Assembly: GCA_041577335.1 (NCBI GenBank)
Contig: JBFGJH010000031.1
Coordinates: 1 to 35,973 of the forward strand
Direction: 5' to 3'
Origin: Acidimicrobiia bacterium
GTDB lineage: Bacteria; Actinomycetota; Acidimicrobiia; Spongiisociales; JAENVV01
DNA length: 35,973 nucleotides
Shown here: in pieces, positions 8,639 through 18,771 of the stretch
Layout: the number at the start of each line of letters is the position of its first letter
Position numbering within the stretch: position 1 is the first letter of the stretch
Made by a program: the position numbers and the translations under genes
The notes under the pieces: model-generated
The model's database searches: none
Told to the model about the DNA's origin: nothing
Seen by the model: the letters and a program-made list of their open reading frames with translations, nothing else

Positions 8639-11259
8639 CGCTCGCTGAGCTCTCGCGCGACTGTGTCTCTGGCGATATCCAATGCCGCGCTCAACTGATC
8701 GCCGTTGGGCCCGCCCGCCTGTGCCAGCTCAGGATCGCGGCTTCCGCCACCGCCCAAATGCTGTGCGGCCGCCATGATGAGGCCGGCGGCGGAAACGCCT
8801 TCGGATACGAGATCTTTGCTCACGGCGGCCACAAGTGCGCCCTTGCCACCAGGCGCCGAGCCGAGCACGGCCACTCCCCTCCCCAGCCGATCACGAACCT
8901 GCAGCGCGAGGGTGCGCAGTTGGTCGGGAGCAAGCGTTCCGGCATCGGCGACGACAAACTTGGCGTCCCCGACTTCGGTGGCATCACTCGACAACTCACC
9001 CGATTGCTCGGTCCTGGCCTTGTCGGTGAGCTTGGACAGTTCCTCCTCCAAGCGCCGGTTGGTGTCCAGCAACGCCTCCAAGCGAGCGGGGACATCGAAC
9101 GGGTTGGTGCGCAGGGCCGCGGCCGAAGACTGGAGGGTGTCTCGCATGGCCGCCACCTGCTGATACGCGGCAGTACCGGTGAGCGCCTCGACCCGTCGGA
9201 CGTTCGAGCCGATCGACGACTCCGACATGAGGAGGACCGGCCCCACCTGGCCGGCAGTTGGCGTGTGGGTGCCGCCGCATAGTTCCACCGAGAAGGATCC
9301 GATTTCGACGACCCGGACCTCGTCGCCGTACTTGTCGCCGAAGAAGGCAAGCGCTCCCCGCTCCTTGGCGACATCCATCGACGTCACCTCGGTGGCGACC
9401 TGGGAATTGGCAATGATCTTCTCATTGGTCAGCAGTTCGATCTGCGCCTTCTCTTCAGGAGCCAGCCCGGCGAAATGGCTGAAGTCGAAGCGGAGACGGC
9501 CCGCCTCGACCAGCGAACCCGCCTGATGGGCGTGATCACCGATGACCTCACGGAGGGCCCAATGCAAGATGTGGGTACCGGTATGGGATTTGCGGATCTG
9601 CTCGCGGCGAACGGAATCAATTTGCATCGTCGCTGCTTGGCCGGCCTCGACGTGACCCTCGACAACCGTGCCGCGGTGTCCGTGAAACCCTTGGAGAGCG
9701 TGTTGGGTGTCGACCACCTCGATCACCCCGGTCTCGGTGGTGATCGTCCCCGTATCGCCGATCTGACCGCCCGACTCTGCGTAGAACGGAGTCACGTCGA
9801 GGAACACCTCGACCGGGTCGCCCTCGCCGGCTTCTGGCACGGTCTCTCCGCCTCGCAGGAGCGCCAGAACGGTGCCGGAGCCCGCCTCGGCCTCGTATCC
9901 ACTGAAGCTCGTAGGACCGATTTCAGCCATCAGCCGCAGGTACATCTGTCCGGTTTCGGCCTGCGCCGCCCCGGTGAAGGCGGCTTTGGCACGTTCGCGT
10001 TGCTCGTCCATCGCTGCGTCGAAGCCGGCATCGTCGACGTCCACCCCGACCTCGGCGGCGACCTCCTTCGTCAGCTCGATGGGAAAGCCGAACGTGTCGT
10101 GCAGCTTGAAGGCGACGTCGCCCGAGAGAGGCTGACCCTCACCGATGGTTTCGAGCTCGGCTGATAGGAGATTGTGCCCCGACGAGAGCGTCTGTCGGAA
10201 GCGCGACTCCTCGCGCTCCACAATCGTTGCAATGGCGTCGGCCTTTTCGGCCAGCTCCGGGTACCCGTCGGCCATGGTCGCCACGCACGTCTCGACGAGC
10301 AGTGGCATGACGAGACCCTCGCCACCGAGCTGCCAAGCATGACGCACCGCCCGGCGTAACACGCGCCGGAGGACGTAGCCCCGTCCGGTGTTCGATGGTC
10401 GGACGCCGTCTCCGATGAGCATGGTCACCGTGCGACCGTGATCGCCGATGATCTTGAGCGACACGTCGGACATGGGTTCGCCTCCGTACGCAACACCGGT
10501 GAACCGGCTTGCCGTGTCGATCATGGCTCCCAGCGAGTCCACCTCGAATGCCGAGGCGGCGTCTTGCATCACCATGGCGGTGCGCTCCAGGCCCATGCCG
10601 GTGTCGATGCTCTTGGCGGGGAGATCTCCGACGACGTGATAGGGCTCATCCTGGATGTTCTGCATGAAAACGAGATTCCAGATCTCGACGAATCGATCTT
10701 CATCACCGCCGATCGGTCCTCCACCGTGACCGTATTCTTTGCCTCGGTCGTAGAAGATCTCCGACGCAGGCCCGCAGGGGCCCGGGACGCCCATCTACCA
10801 GAAGTTGTCGTTCCCGCCCAACTGCACGCGTTCGGGGGCGATCTTCTCCTGGTCGATCCAGATCGCCTTGGCTTCTTCGTCGGTGTGGTGCACCGTGTAC
10901 CACAGCCGATCCTCCGGCAGACCGAGCACCTCGGTAACGAACTCGTGGGCGTATTCGATCGCCTTCGGCTTGAAATAGTCGCCGAACGAGAAGTTGCCCA
11001 TCATCTCGAAGAACGACATGTGGCGGGCGGTGGTACCGATGATGTCGATGTCGATCGTCCGCACGCACTTTTGGACGCTCACGGCCCGGGCGAACGGAGC
11101 GGGCTCCTCGCCCAGGAAATATGGTTTGAACGGCACCATGCCCGCATTGGTGAGTAGCAATGTCGGGTCGACGGGAATCAACGACGCGGACGGACGGACC
11201 ACATGGTCTTTGGTCGCGAAATATTCAAGGAAAGCCCGGCGGATTTCTGAAGATTGCAT
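8635..11259 (-). CDS. alaS: Alanine--tRNA ligase, interrupted by one in-frame TAG at 10795..10797
   Basis: ORFs 10795..11259 and 8635..10794 are in the same frame and join as [16 protein letters not shown]. Motifs present: [49 protein letters not shown], editing HTGTH and ELCGGTH, C-terminal GGGG. 875 codons in total. Confidence 0.93.
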
Positions 11260-11342
11260 CAGGGGCCAGCAGGATAGTCGTCTGAGCCTTCAAGAGACTC
11301 GGCGTGGTGCCGCGTTGCGGTCGGGCTGGGCGCGCCATCCCG

Positions 11343-12662
11343 TCACCCGGGAGTCGTGCGCCGCTCGTGATCAGCGGCGAGCTCGGCCTCTCGACCCTGG
11401 TCTCCTGCTTGGTAGATCGTTGCGGCTGCGATGGCGTCGGGAGCGTACCGCTGGGCCACCCAATGACCGGCGTAGTCATGGGGATAGCGGTAGCCGGACC
11501 CGTGGCCGATGGATTCTGCGCCTGAGTAATGGGAGTCTCTCAGGTGGGCGGGTACCTCGGCGCCGGGCTCCGATTGCACCAGCCGTCGCGCGGCGGCCAT
11601 CGCAGTCGTCACACTGTTCGACTTCGGTGCCAGCGCCAGATGGATGGTCACCTGGCTGAGCGCAAATGCCGCCTCCGGCAATCCGACGAACTGGAGCGCC
11701 CCGACCGCGGCAACCGCCGATGGCAGTGCCGTCGGGTCAGCAAGCCCGACATCTTCCGACGCCAAGATCACCAGGCGTCTGGCTATGAACTCCGGATCCT
11801 CACCGGCTTCCAGCATTGTATGGAGCCAGAACATCGCCGCGTCGACGTCGCTGCCGCGCAGACTCTTGATGAACGCAGATATGACGTCGTAATGCTGATC
11901 GCCTCCTTTGTCATACCGAATGATGCGCCGCTGGATGGCCTCCTCGATATCGAGTGCGGTGATCGCCGACTGGCCACGCCCGGCCGCCACGATGGCGGCG
12001 GTCTCGAGCGCGTTGAGCGCCAGCCGGGCGTCGCCGCCGGATCGGTTGAGCAGGGCGTTGGTGGCTTCCTCGTCGATCAGGAGCTCCATACCGGCCAGAC
12101 CTCGTGGGTCGGTCATGGCACGATCGACCAGCTGGGCAATCGCCTCCGTGGTGAGTCTTTCGACGCGGAATAGCGTGCACCGGGACATGAGCGGTGAGTT
12201 GACCTCGAAGAAGGGGTTCTCGGTGGTCGCACCAACCAAGATCACGGTTCCGTTCTCCACACCCGGCAGGAGGGCATCCTGCTGAGCTTTGTTGAATCGA
12301 TGGATCTCATCGAGAAAGAGCACGGTGCGGCGGCCCTCTGTCTCGAGTCGGTTGAGCGCCTCGGCCAGGATCGCCCGAACATCTTTGACGCTGGCCGACG
12401 TCGCAGATAGCTGCTCGAATACAGCAGCCGATTCGGACGCCACCAACCGTGCCAGCGTCGTCTTGCCGGTGCCGGGCGGGCCCCAGATGATCATCGACAC
12501 CGGCCGACCCTGCTCGACCATCGATCGAAAGGCAGCTCCCTCGGCCAGGAGGTTGGAGTGCCCGACGACGTCATCGAGGGTCTCGGGTCGAAGCCGAGCA
12601 GGTAGCGGGGCCGCCGCGGCGCGCCGCTCGGCCTTTTGTTCCTCGAACAGATCGCCGGTCAC
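11343..12662 (-). CDS. rarA: Replication-associated recombination protein A (MgsA/RarA AAA+ ATPase)
   Basis: PLPARLRPETLDD, WGPPGTGKTT, FLDEIHRFNKAQQD, GATTENPFF, HYDVISAFIKSLRGSD, ASEDVGLADP, YRYPHDY. Confidence 0.94.
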   Translation of the reverse strand: MTGDLFEEQKAERRAAAAPLPARLRPETLDDVVGHSNLLAEGAAFRSMVEQGRPVSMIIWGPPGTGKTTLARLVASESAAVFEQLSATSASVKDVRAILAEALNRLETEGRRTVLFLDEIHRFNKAQQDALLPGVENGTVILVGATTENPFFEVNSPLMSRCTLFRVERLTTEAIAQLVDRAMTDPRGLAGMELLIDEEATNALLNRSGGDARLALNALETAAIVAAGRGQSAITALDIEEAIQRRIIRYDKGGDQHYDVISAFIKSLRGSDVDAAMFWLHTMLEAGEDPEFIARRLVILASEDVGLADPTALPSAVAAVGALQFVGLPEAAFALSQVTIHLALAPKSNSVTTAMAAARRLVQSEPGAEVPAHLRDSHYSGAESIGHGSGYRYPHDYAGHWVAQRYAPDAIAAATIYQAGDQGREAELAADHERRTTPG

Positions 12663-14461
12663 TCTGGCAACATCCCCCCGGGATCTGGTGTCGGATCGGC
12701 CGTCTCATCGGGCGTTTGGTCGATGGCCAACCGAACCTCGGGCCGCAGATCGACGCCGAGCTCGCGGAGTTGCTCATCCGTCACCGGCGACGGTGAACCC
12801 GTCATCGGGTCGATGCCTCGCTGAGTCTTGGGGAACGGGATCACATCGCGGATCGAATCGGCCCCCACCAAGATCGCCAGCAGCCGGTCGATGCCCACAG
12901 CGAATCCGGCGTGCGGCGGCGTTCCGAACCGGAGAGCACGCAGAAACCAGCCAAAGCGCGACTCGGCCTCTGCAGGGGTGATCCCGAGGATGTCGAACAC
13001 CTGGCGCTGGGTATCGGGATCGTGAATCCTGACGCTCCCGGACCCCAGCTCGCTCCCGTTGAGCACCAAATCGTAGGCATGCGAGAGCGCCTCGCGAGGA
13101 TTGTCCCGCATCTCATCCACCGAATGCGGCTGGGTGAATGGATGGTGCGACGGGGCCAAACCCCCGTCATCGGTCTCCTCGAACACCGGAAAGTCGACCA
13201 CCCACACAAAGCGCAACTCGTCGTGACCATCCGGCCGCCCCAATCTCAATCGAAGCTGGCCGAGGACCTCGACGGCCAGGTGCCAGCGGTCGGCGACCAG
13301 GAGCAGCGTGTCGCCGGGCTTGGCCACCAGCGCTTCGGTGACGCCTGCCCTCTCAGCGTCCGACAGGAATTTGGCGACCGGCGACCGTAGCGTTCCATCA
13401 TCCTCGACGACTGCCCAAACCATGCCCTTGGCGCCGAGATCGACGGCAGAGGCGACCAGGGCGTCGAGACCACTTCGCGACAGGTCGAGCGCCCCGGCGT
13501 TGATACCGCGCACTACTCCGCCGGCCTCGAGGGCGCCCGCGAATCCGCGAAAGCCGGTCGAAGCGAAGACGTCGGAGAGATCGACGAGCTCCATGCCAAA
13601 CCGCATGTCGGGCTTGTCGGAGCCGAATCGGTCCATGGCGTCTCGATAGGTGAGGCGCTCGAACGGCGTCGGCACAGTGAGGCCTCGCACCGCCTCGGTC
13701 GCGGCGACGACTGCCGACTCGATCGTGTCCTGCACGTCGGTCGCTGTCCAGAAGCTTCCTTCGATGTCCAACTGGGTGAACTCGAGCTGGCGGTCACTAC
13801 GGAAGTCCTCGTCCCGGTAGCAGCGAGCGATCTGGTAATACCGGTCCACCCCGCCGATCATCAGCAGCTGTTTGAACAGTTGCGGCGACTGAGGCAGCGC
13901 ATAGAAGGAGCCTTGCCGGAGACGGCTGGGCACGAGCATGTCCCGGGCGCCCTCAGGGGTGCTGGCAATCAGCGTCGGAGTTTCGACCTCCAGGAAGCCC
14001 AGCTCGCTGAGCTGGGCGCGCATTGACGCCGTCGCCCGGCCACGGTGGCGGAGCGTCTCGGCCATGTGAGGACGCCGGAAGTCCAGGTAGCGATAGGCCA
14101 GCCGGGTGAGCTCGTCGGCTTCGGAGCGATCATTCAACATGAACGGGAGCGGATCGGACGGCGCCAAAACGGTGAGTTCTCCAACTCCGAGCTCGATGAG
14201 ACCGGTGGGCATCTCAGGATTCTCGGTTCCCTCGGGGCGGCGCCGGAGGACTCCCTCTATCGACAAGCAGTACTCCATGCGCAGTTCGCCCGCTTCGGGA
14301 AACGCCGCCGGATCCAGGACCGCCTGCACGATTCCGGAAGCATCACGGAGGTCGATGAAGATCACACCGCCGTGGTCCCTGCGCCGGTCAACCCAACCGG
14401 CCAACCGAACAGTCTCACCGATCTGGTCGGGGGTGAGAGTTCCCGCATAGTGGCTCCTCAT
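12659..14461 (-). CDS. aspS: Aspartate--tRNA ligase, probably non-discriminating (Asp/Asn)
   Basis: RRRDHGGVIFIDLRD, PEGARD, LPQSPQLFKQLLM, YRDEDFRSDRQLEFTQLD, PPHAGFAVGIDRL, DVIPFPKT. Start is probably the ATG at 14461 (ATGA overlap with the hisS stop); alternative 14476. Confidence 0.95.
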   Translation of the reverse strand: MRSHYAGTLTPDQIGETVRLAGWVDRRRDHGGVIFIDLRDASGIVQAVLDPAAFPEAGELRMEYCLSIEGVLRRRPEGTENPEMPTGLIELGVGELTVLAPSDPLPFMLNDRSEADELTRLAYRYLDFRRPHMAETLRHRGRATASMRAQLSELGFLEVETPTLIASTPEGARDMLVPSRLRQGSFYALPQSPQLFKQLLMIGGVDRYYQIARCYRDEDFRSDRQLEFTQLDIEGSFWTATDVQDTIESAVVAATEAVRGLTVPTPFERLTYRDAMDRFGSDKPDMRFGMELVDLSDVFASTGFRGFAGALEAGGVVRGINAGALDLSRSGLDALVASAVDLGAKGMVWAVVEDDGTLRSPVAKFLSDAERAGVTEALVAKPGDTLLLVADRWHLAVEVLGQLRLRLGRPDGHDELRFVWVVDFPVFEETDDGGLAPSHHPFTQPHSVDEMRDNPREALSHAYDLVLNGSELGSGSVRIHDPDTQRQVFDILGITPAEAESRFGWFLRALRFGTPPHAGFAVGIDRLLAILVGADSIRDVIPFPKTQRGIDPMTGSPSPVTDEQLRELGVDLRPEVRLAIDQTPDETADPTPDPGGMLPE

Positions 14462-15684
14462 CTGCTCATCAGCCATGCGGCCACCTTTCCAATCTCAACA
14501 GTCTCCTGGTCGCCGGTTGCGAGGTCCTTGACGGCAACCATGCCGCCGTCCCATTCGTCGCCGACGATCACGACGGCCGGAGCACCCCGCCGATCGGCTG
14601 CCCGGAACTGCGCCTTCATCGATCGAGCATCTGCCACCGCATCGACCCGGACTCCTGCCTGCCGAAGGCCGCTGACCAATCCCATCGCCTGATCACGCCG
14701 CACTTCGTCGACGATCACCACGAAGCCGTCGAGCGTCGAGGGCGGCTCGGCTTTGGAGGCCAAGAGAATGCGGTCGATCCCCAATGCCAAGCCCACTCCG
14801 GGCGCGGGCGAGCCCCCCAACGCTTCTGCCAGACCGTCGTAGCGCCCACCGCCCCCCACGGCGTTCTGAGCGGCATCCAGCTCGGTGCCGATGTACTCGA
14901 ACGCGGTTCGCGTGTAGTAGTCGAGGCCCCGGACCAACCGAGGGTCCTCGCGGAAAGGAATCCCGTTCTGGCGAAGCCGGTTCTTGACAGCCGCGAAATG
15001 CGCCTGACACGATGTGCAGAGGAAGTCCACGGGGGCGGGGGCGTCGGACACCACCTCACGGCACACCTTGCAGTCGAGCACCCGCATCGGGTTGAGTTCC
15101 ATGGCGGACCGGCTGTCTTCGCACAGCTCATCTCGCCTGTCGGCCAGCCAGCCCCGCAGTTCCGCAAGGTACCGGGGACGGCACTCCCCGTCGCCGAGCG
15201 AGTTGATGACAACCGCAAGGCCGGGAACGCCCACCTCGGCAATGAATCGGTAGCCGACTTCGATGACCTCGGCGTCCGCTTCGGGCGAAGCCACGCCGAG
15301 ATACTCGACACCGACTTGATAGAACTGCCGGCGCCTGCCCGCCTGAGGGCGCTCGTAACGAAACATCGGGCCCGAATAGGCCACCTTCATCTCACCGCTA
15401 CCTCCGCTCTCGAGGTAAGCCCTGACGACGCCCGCTGTGCCTTCTGGTCGCAGCGTCAGCGATCGGCCGCCTCGATCCTCGAAGGTGTACATCTGCTTCT
15501 GCACGACCTCGGTGCTCTCCCCAACTCCGCGAGCGAACACCTCTGTCTGCTCGAACACCGGCGTCTGGATGAGGTCGTATCCAAAGCGTTCGGCCCAGTC
15601 CTCCCATGCGCGCAGAATCTGTCGCCAGGTGCGGGAGGCCGGAGGAAGAATGTCGTCGGTGCCCTTCGGGGCGCGCAGGTTCAT
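14458..15684 (-). CDS. hisS: Histidine--tRNA ligase
   Basis: APKGTDDILP, KQMYTFED, LRPEGTAG, FRYERPQAGRRRQF, LVRGLDYYTRT, GGGRYDGL. Start reassigned to ATG 15684. Confidence 0.95.
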   Translation of the reverse strand: MNLRAPKGTDDILPPASRTWRQILRAWEDWAERFGYDLIQTPVFEQTEVFARGVGESTEVVQKQMYTFEDRGGRSLTLRPEGTAGVVRAYLESGGSGEMKVAYSGPMFRYERPQAGRRRQFYQVGVEYLGVASPEADAEVIEVGYRFIAEVGVPGLAVVINSLGDGECRPRYLAELRGWLADRRDELCEDSRSAMELNPMRVLDCKVCREVVSDAPAPVDFLCTSCQAHFAAVKNRLRQNGIPFREDPRLVRGLDYYTRTAFEYIGTELDAAQNAVGGGGRYDGLAEALGGSPAPGVGLALGIDRILLASKAEPPSTLDGFVVIVDEVRRDQAMGLVSGLRQAGVRVDAVADARSMKAQFRAADRRGAPAVVIVGDEWDGGMVAVKDLATGDQETVEIGKVAAWLMSR

Positions 15685-15724
15685 TTTCGATCGCTCGGTT
15701 CGGTCGCTGTCTGCCGTCGGCCGC

Positions 15725-16366
15725 TCAGAGTTCCTGCAGGAACGGGTTGGATCGGCGTTCGCGGGCAAGGGTAGTCGTCGGTCCGTGACCCGGATGGACG
15801 ATTACTTCGTCGTCGAGGGTCAGCACCTGATCCCGCATGCTTTCCATGAGTTGGGAGTAGGAGCCCCCCGGCAGGTCGGTGCGCCCGATTGAACCGGCGA
15901 AGAGCTGATCGCCACTGAAGAGGATGCCCTCTTCCTCGACCAAGAAGCAGCAATGCCCTGGTGTGTGCCCTGGGGTGTGGCGTACTTCGAGTGCCCAACC
16001 CGCCAACTCGAGGATTTGCCCGCCCTCCAGATCGACGTACGTCGCCGGTTCGTAGTCGCCGGGTGGCAGGACCCCCATGAGCCGCTCGGCTTGGGTACGT
16101 GGATCGGATGACAGGAACTCGTCGTCGGGGTGGATGTAGGCGGCAATGCCGTATCGTTCGGCGACTCCTCCCGACGCCCCGCAGTGATCGACATGGCCGT
16201 GGGTCACCAGCAGAGCGGCCGGAATCACATTGTGACGACCGGCCAGATCGACGATCCCCTCGATGTCGGGCGGGGCATCCACGACCACGGCTGGGCCCCC
16301 TGATTCGCGGGCCAGGATGTAGGTATTGGTGGCGGCGTACCACAGAGGCTCGGAGGCCAGAAGCAC
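15725..16366 (-). CDS. MBL-fold metallo-hydrolase (glyoxalase II-like)
   Basis: THGHVDH, HTPGHTPGH, SGDQLFAGSIGRTD, PGHG. Its position before hisS is typical of actinobacteria. Confidence 0.9.
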   Translation of the reverse strand: MLLASEPLWYAATNTYILARESGGPAVVVDAPPDIEGIVDLAGRHNVIPAALLVTHGHVDHCGASGGVAERYGIAAYIHPDDEFLSSDPRTQAERLMGVLPPGDYEPATYVDLEGGQILELAGWALEVRHTPGHTPGHCCFLVEEEGILFSGDQLFAGSIGRTDLPGGSYSQLMESMRDQVLTLDDEVIVHPGHGPTTTLARERRSNPFLQEL

Positions 16367-16382
16367 ATTCAGTCCTTGTCAG

Positions 16383-16414
16383 CGGGTCGGCGACAGTGTA
16401 TCGGCGCCGACCCG
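16383..16414 (-). terminator. Inverted repeat at the left edge of the minor-pilin insert (terminator or operator)
   Basis: Perfect 10-bp inverted repeat CGGGTCGGCG-(12 nt)-CGCCGACCCG, 13 nt after the stop at 16428. The loop contains TACACT on the minus strand (possible -10). Confidence 0.5.
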
Positions 16415-16427
16415 TGCAACAATCCGA

Positions 16428-18092
16428 CTACGGATTGACCCATCCCGGGAGCGGATTCTCCGACCAGTTCTCGTAGCGCCAATTGCCATCGAGCAGGGGG
16501 TAAAGCGGCGGACGCAGGTATTCGAGGCGGGGATCGAAGTTGTAGTTCCGAGTTGTGAACGAACCCGAAATCGATCCAGTGGACTTCGTGGCGATGGAGC
16601 CGAAGACGTCCAACGTGGAGTTGTTCGGGGTCAGCCGGCTTCCGCCGAGGCCACAGTCGCGTGCTACCAACCACCGGTCTGTCTGACCGAGGATCGCTGC
16701 CTGCAGCTGGAAGTGGCGGTCGCCTCCGGTCGCAAACGGATTGATCACGATCTCATCAGAGGCGATCAGACCAATCGTGAATTGGCTGTCGGGCCAGTTC
16801 CAAATTCGGGTGTCGGCGTTGATGATCACGTTCTTCGGCGCTGCCTGCGTTCCGGCGTAGATGGTCACCGAACCCTTGATGACCGCGTCATCGAGGCCGT
16901 CGCCACTGATGTCGGTTCCCTCGGGCTGGTTGCGGGCCCCAATGGTGGTGTGAGCGTTGGTCCAGACCGCACCATTGCGAGGGTACTCATAGTCGCCGTA
17001 CGGGGTCCAGAGCGCATTGAAGTCAGCGATCTGACCGGTGAACTCGGCCTCCGAGTTGAGGTACCACCACTCCTCGGAGTTGACGCAGCCCTGCGAACTA
17101 GGGCTGAAGGTCGCCTTGTAGACCGACAGCCGGCCCTCGCCGAGACCGTCCTCGTACGGATGGATCAGCCAGCCGGTGGCATCCGCGTCGTCGAGGCAGA
17201 TGCCACCTCCGCCGCAGGCGGCCGCTTGGATGACGTTGAGGTCATCCCAGAAGTTCGAGAAGTTCAAAGGGATCTCGATCTCAGACCGGATGTCGTTGTG
17301 CTCGCCGGCGCCGTCGAACGCCCGAGCGTTGTTGAGCAGCGTCGGCTCGCGGAGGATCGAGCCTTCGGCAAAGATGTCGGCGGTGGTGGTGCCGACCGGC
17401 ACGAAGTCGAGGTTTCCACCTGAGTACACCTTGCCGGTGAGGTTGGCGCCCGAACCGTACGTGAGGTTCAGCTCGGTGACTCGCACGAACTCGGACAGCG
17501 AGGTCGCGACGATCGACGCCGAAATCGATCGTTGGTTGATACGGTCGCCCATCCGACCTACCACTGCGACGTTCAGCGGGGCTCCCTCGTCGACAGCCGG
17601 TGTTGCCGGATCGTCGAATTGGGGCGGGGTGACCTCCATCAGAATGGCAATGTCATCAGTCCCGAGATCTGCCGGGTCGCCATTGGCGTCCAACAGGGGG
17701 TGCTCGTACCAATCGGGGTTGCCGTCGGCGTCGAGATCGACATCGACGTACGACCAGTCATCACATTCGGAGTTCCAGGCGGACGCCGGCAGGCCGGTGT
17801 AGCCGGTCATGTCGACCGCAGGGTCGTTGCAGACTCGCTGGCGCTCGGCCTCGTCGACGTAGTGCACGTAGTACAGCGGGTCGAGTGTGACCTTGGCGGC
17901 GTACCGCTCGAGCAGGGCCTCGGTGCCGGCAATGGTGCTGTCTTCTCGCTCCTGGAAGTCGGATTGCCGTTGCTCGTTGAGGGAAAGCTGGGAAAGCAGC
18001 AGCACGAACGTGCCTACGAGTAGGAGGGCGCCGATGACGGTGATGAGAGCAGCACCGCGTTCTTCTTTGCGGACAGTGCGCAGATCAACCAT
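16428..18092 (-). CDS. PilX/GspK-like minor pilin with a large C-terminal extracellular domain (cassette A)
   Basis: EERG|AALITVIGALLLV: prepilin site without Glu5. C-terminus FGSI...RNYNFDPRL..LRPP.YP...W.E. Asp-rich loops and several Cys. Confidence 0.75.
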   Translation of the reverse strand: MVDLRTVRKEERGAALITVIGALLLVGTFVLLLSQLSLNEQRQSDFQEREDSTIAGTEALLERYAAKVTLDPLYYVHYVDEAERQRVCNDPAVDMTGYTGLPASAWNSECDDWSYVDVDLDADGNPDWYEHPLLDANGDPADLGTDDIAILMEVTPPQFDDPATPAVDEGAPLNVAVVGRMGDRINQRSISASIVATSLSEFVRVTELNLTYGSGANLTGKVYSGGNLDFVPVGTTTADIFAEGSILREPTLLNNARAFDGAGEHNDIRSEIEIPLNFSNFWDDLNVIQAAACGGGGICLDDADATGWLIHPYEDGLGEGRLSVYKATFSPSSQGCVNSEEWWYLNSEAEFTGQIADFNALWTPYGDYEYPRNGAVWTNAHTTIGARNQPEGTDISGDGLDDAVIKGSVTIYAGTQAAPKNVIINADTRIWNWPDSQFTIGLIASDEIVINPFATGGDRHFQLQAAILGQTDRWLVARDCGLGGSRLTPNNSTLDVFGSIATKSTGSISGSFTTRNYNFDPRLEYLRPPLYPLLDGNWRYENWSENPLPGWVNP

Positions 18093-18771
18093 TGCGGAGT
18101 CTCACTTCCTCTTCGATTTCGTAGATACGGGGGTTGTCGGTGGTCAGGCTCGGATCGACCTGCAGGAAGATCTCGACCTGGGTGATGTCACAGTTGATGC
18201 CCGCACAGGAGGCAACGCTCTGTTCGACTCCGGCTGCATCGAAGTACGCCCCGGTGAATAGGGGCTGAGCGGCCGAAGCAATGACGTTGTCGAGCATGAC
18301 TGTGGTCTCGCTCGGGGCGGCGGCGTAGTTGAGGGGACGCACCGTCGGGTTGAGCGGGTCGTAGATTCGCCGTTCCAGCTGGTACATCTGTATTCCGCCG
18401 TTGATGATGGTGGGGACGAGCTGGTACTCCACCTTTTCGAGTTCCTGCTCGACGGCGGTCGTGGCACTCGGTGTGGTGTCGATGTGAATGACGAGGCGAT
18501 CCCACGACAAGGCGCTCACCGGATCGTCTGCGGCGGTATTTCCAACCGCTTGCGCCTGGCGAATTCTCACGATCATGCTGCGTAGCTCGGGCCGTACCTC
18601 GGACTGGGTATCTCCGAGGGCGAATTGGAACCCGACGTTGTTGAACAGCGATCCCATCATGCCGAGCAGGATCACTCCAACGATCGAGGTGACGAGTGAC
18701 ACGACCAGCAACTCCGTGAGGGTCAGACCCTCTTCGGCGCGCCAGATGCGTTGAAGGCGTCGGATGCTCAT
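18085..18771 (-). CDS. PilW/GspJ-like minor pilin (cassette A)
   Basis: AEEG|LTLTELLVVSLV with Glu5, a helix ending IRQA, and C-terminal VRLRN. Overlaps both neighbours. Confidence 0.8.
   Translation of the reverse strand: MSIRRLQRIWRAEEGLTLTELLVVSLVTSIVGVILLGMMGSLFNNVGFQFALGDTQSEVRPELRSMIVRIRQAQAVGNTAADDPVSALSWDRLVIHIDTTPSATTAVEQELEKVEYQLVPTIINGGIQMYQLERRIYDPLNPTVRPLNYAAAPSETTVMLDNVIASAAQPLFTGAYFDAAGVEQSVASCAGINCDITQVEIFLQVDPSLTTDNPRIYEIEEEVRLRNG

Noticed and set aside
10795..10797. Genome-wide TAG reassignment or pyrrolysine
   Set aside because: TAG is the normal stop of pilC, pilT, the DUF4388 gene, aroE, rel, secF and both PilX-like genes. No other in-frame TAG is needed to complete a gene, and no pyl genes are in the window.
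16393..16425. GCCGATAC upstream of the MBL hydrolase gene as a sixth sigma-28 promoter
   Set aside because: No TCAAG-like element 15 nt upstream. The overlapping TACACT fits a housekeeping -10 better.
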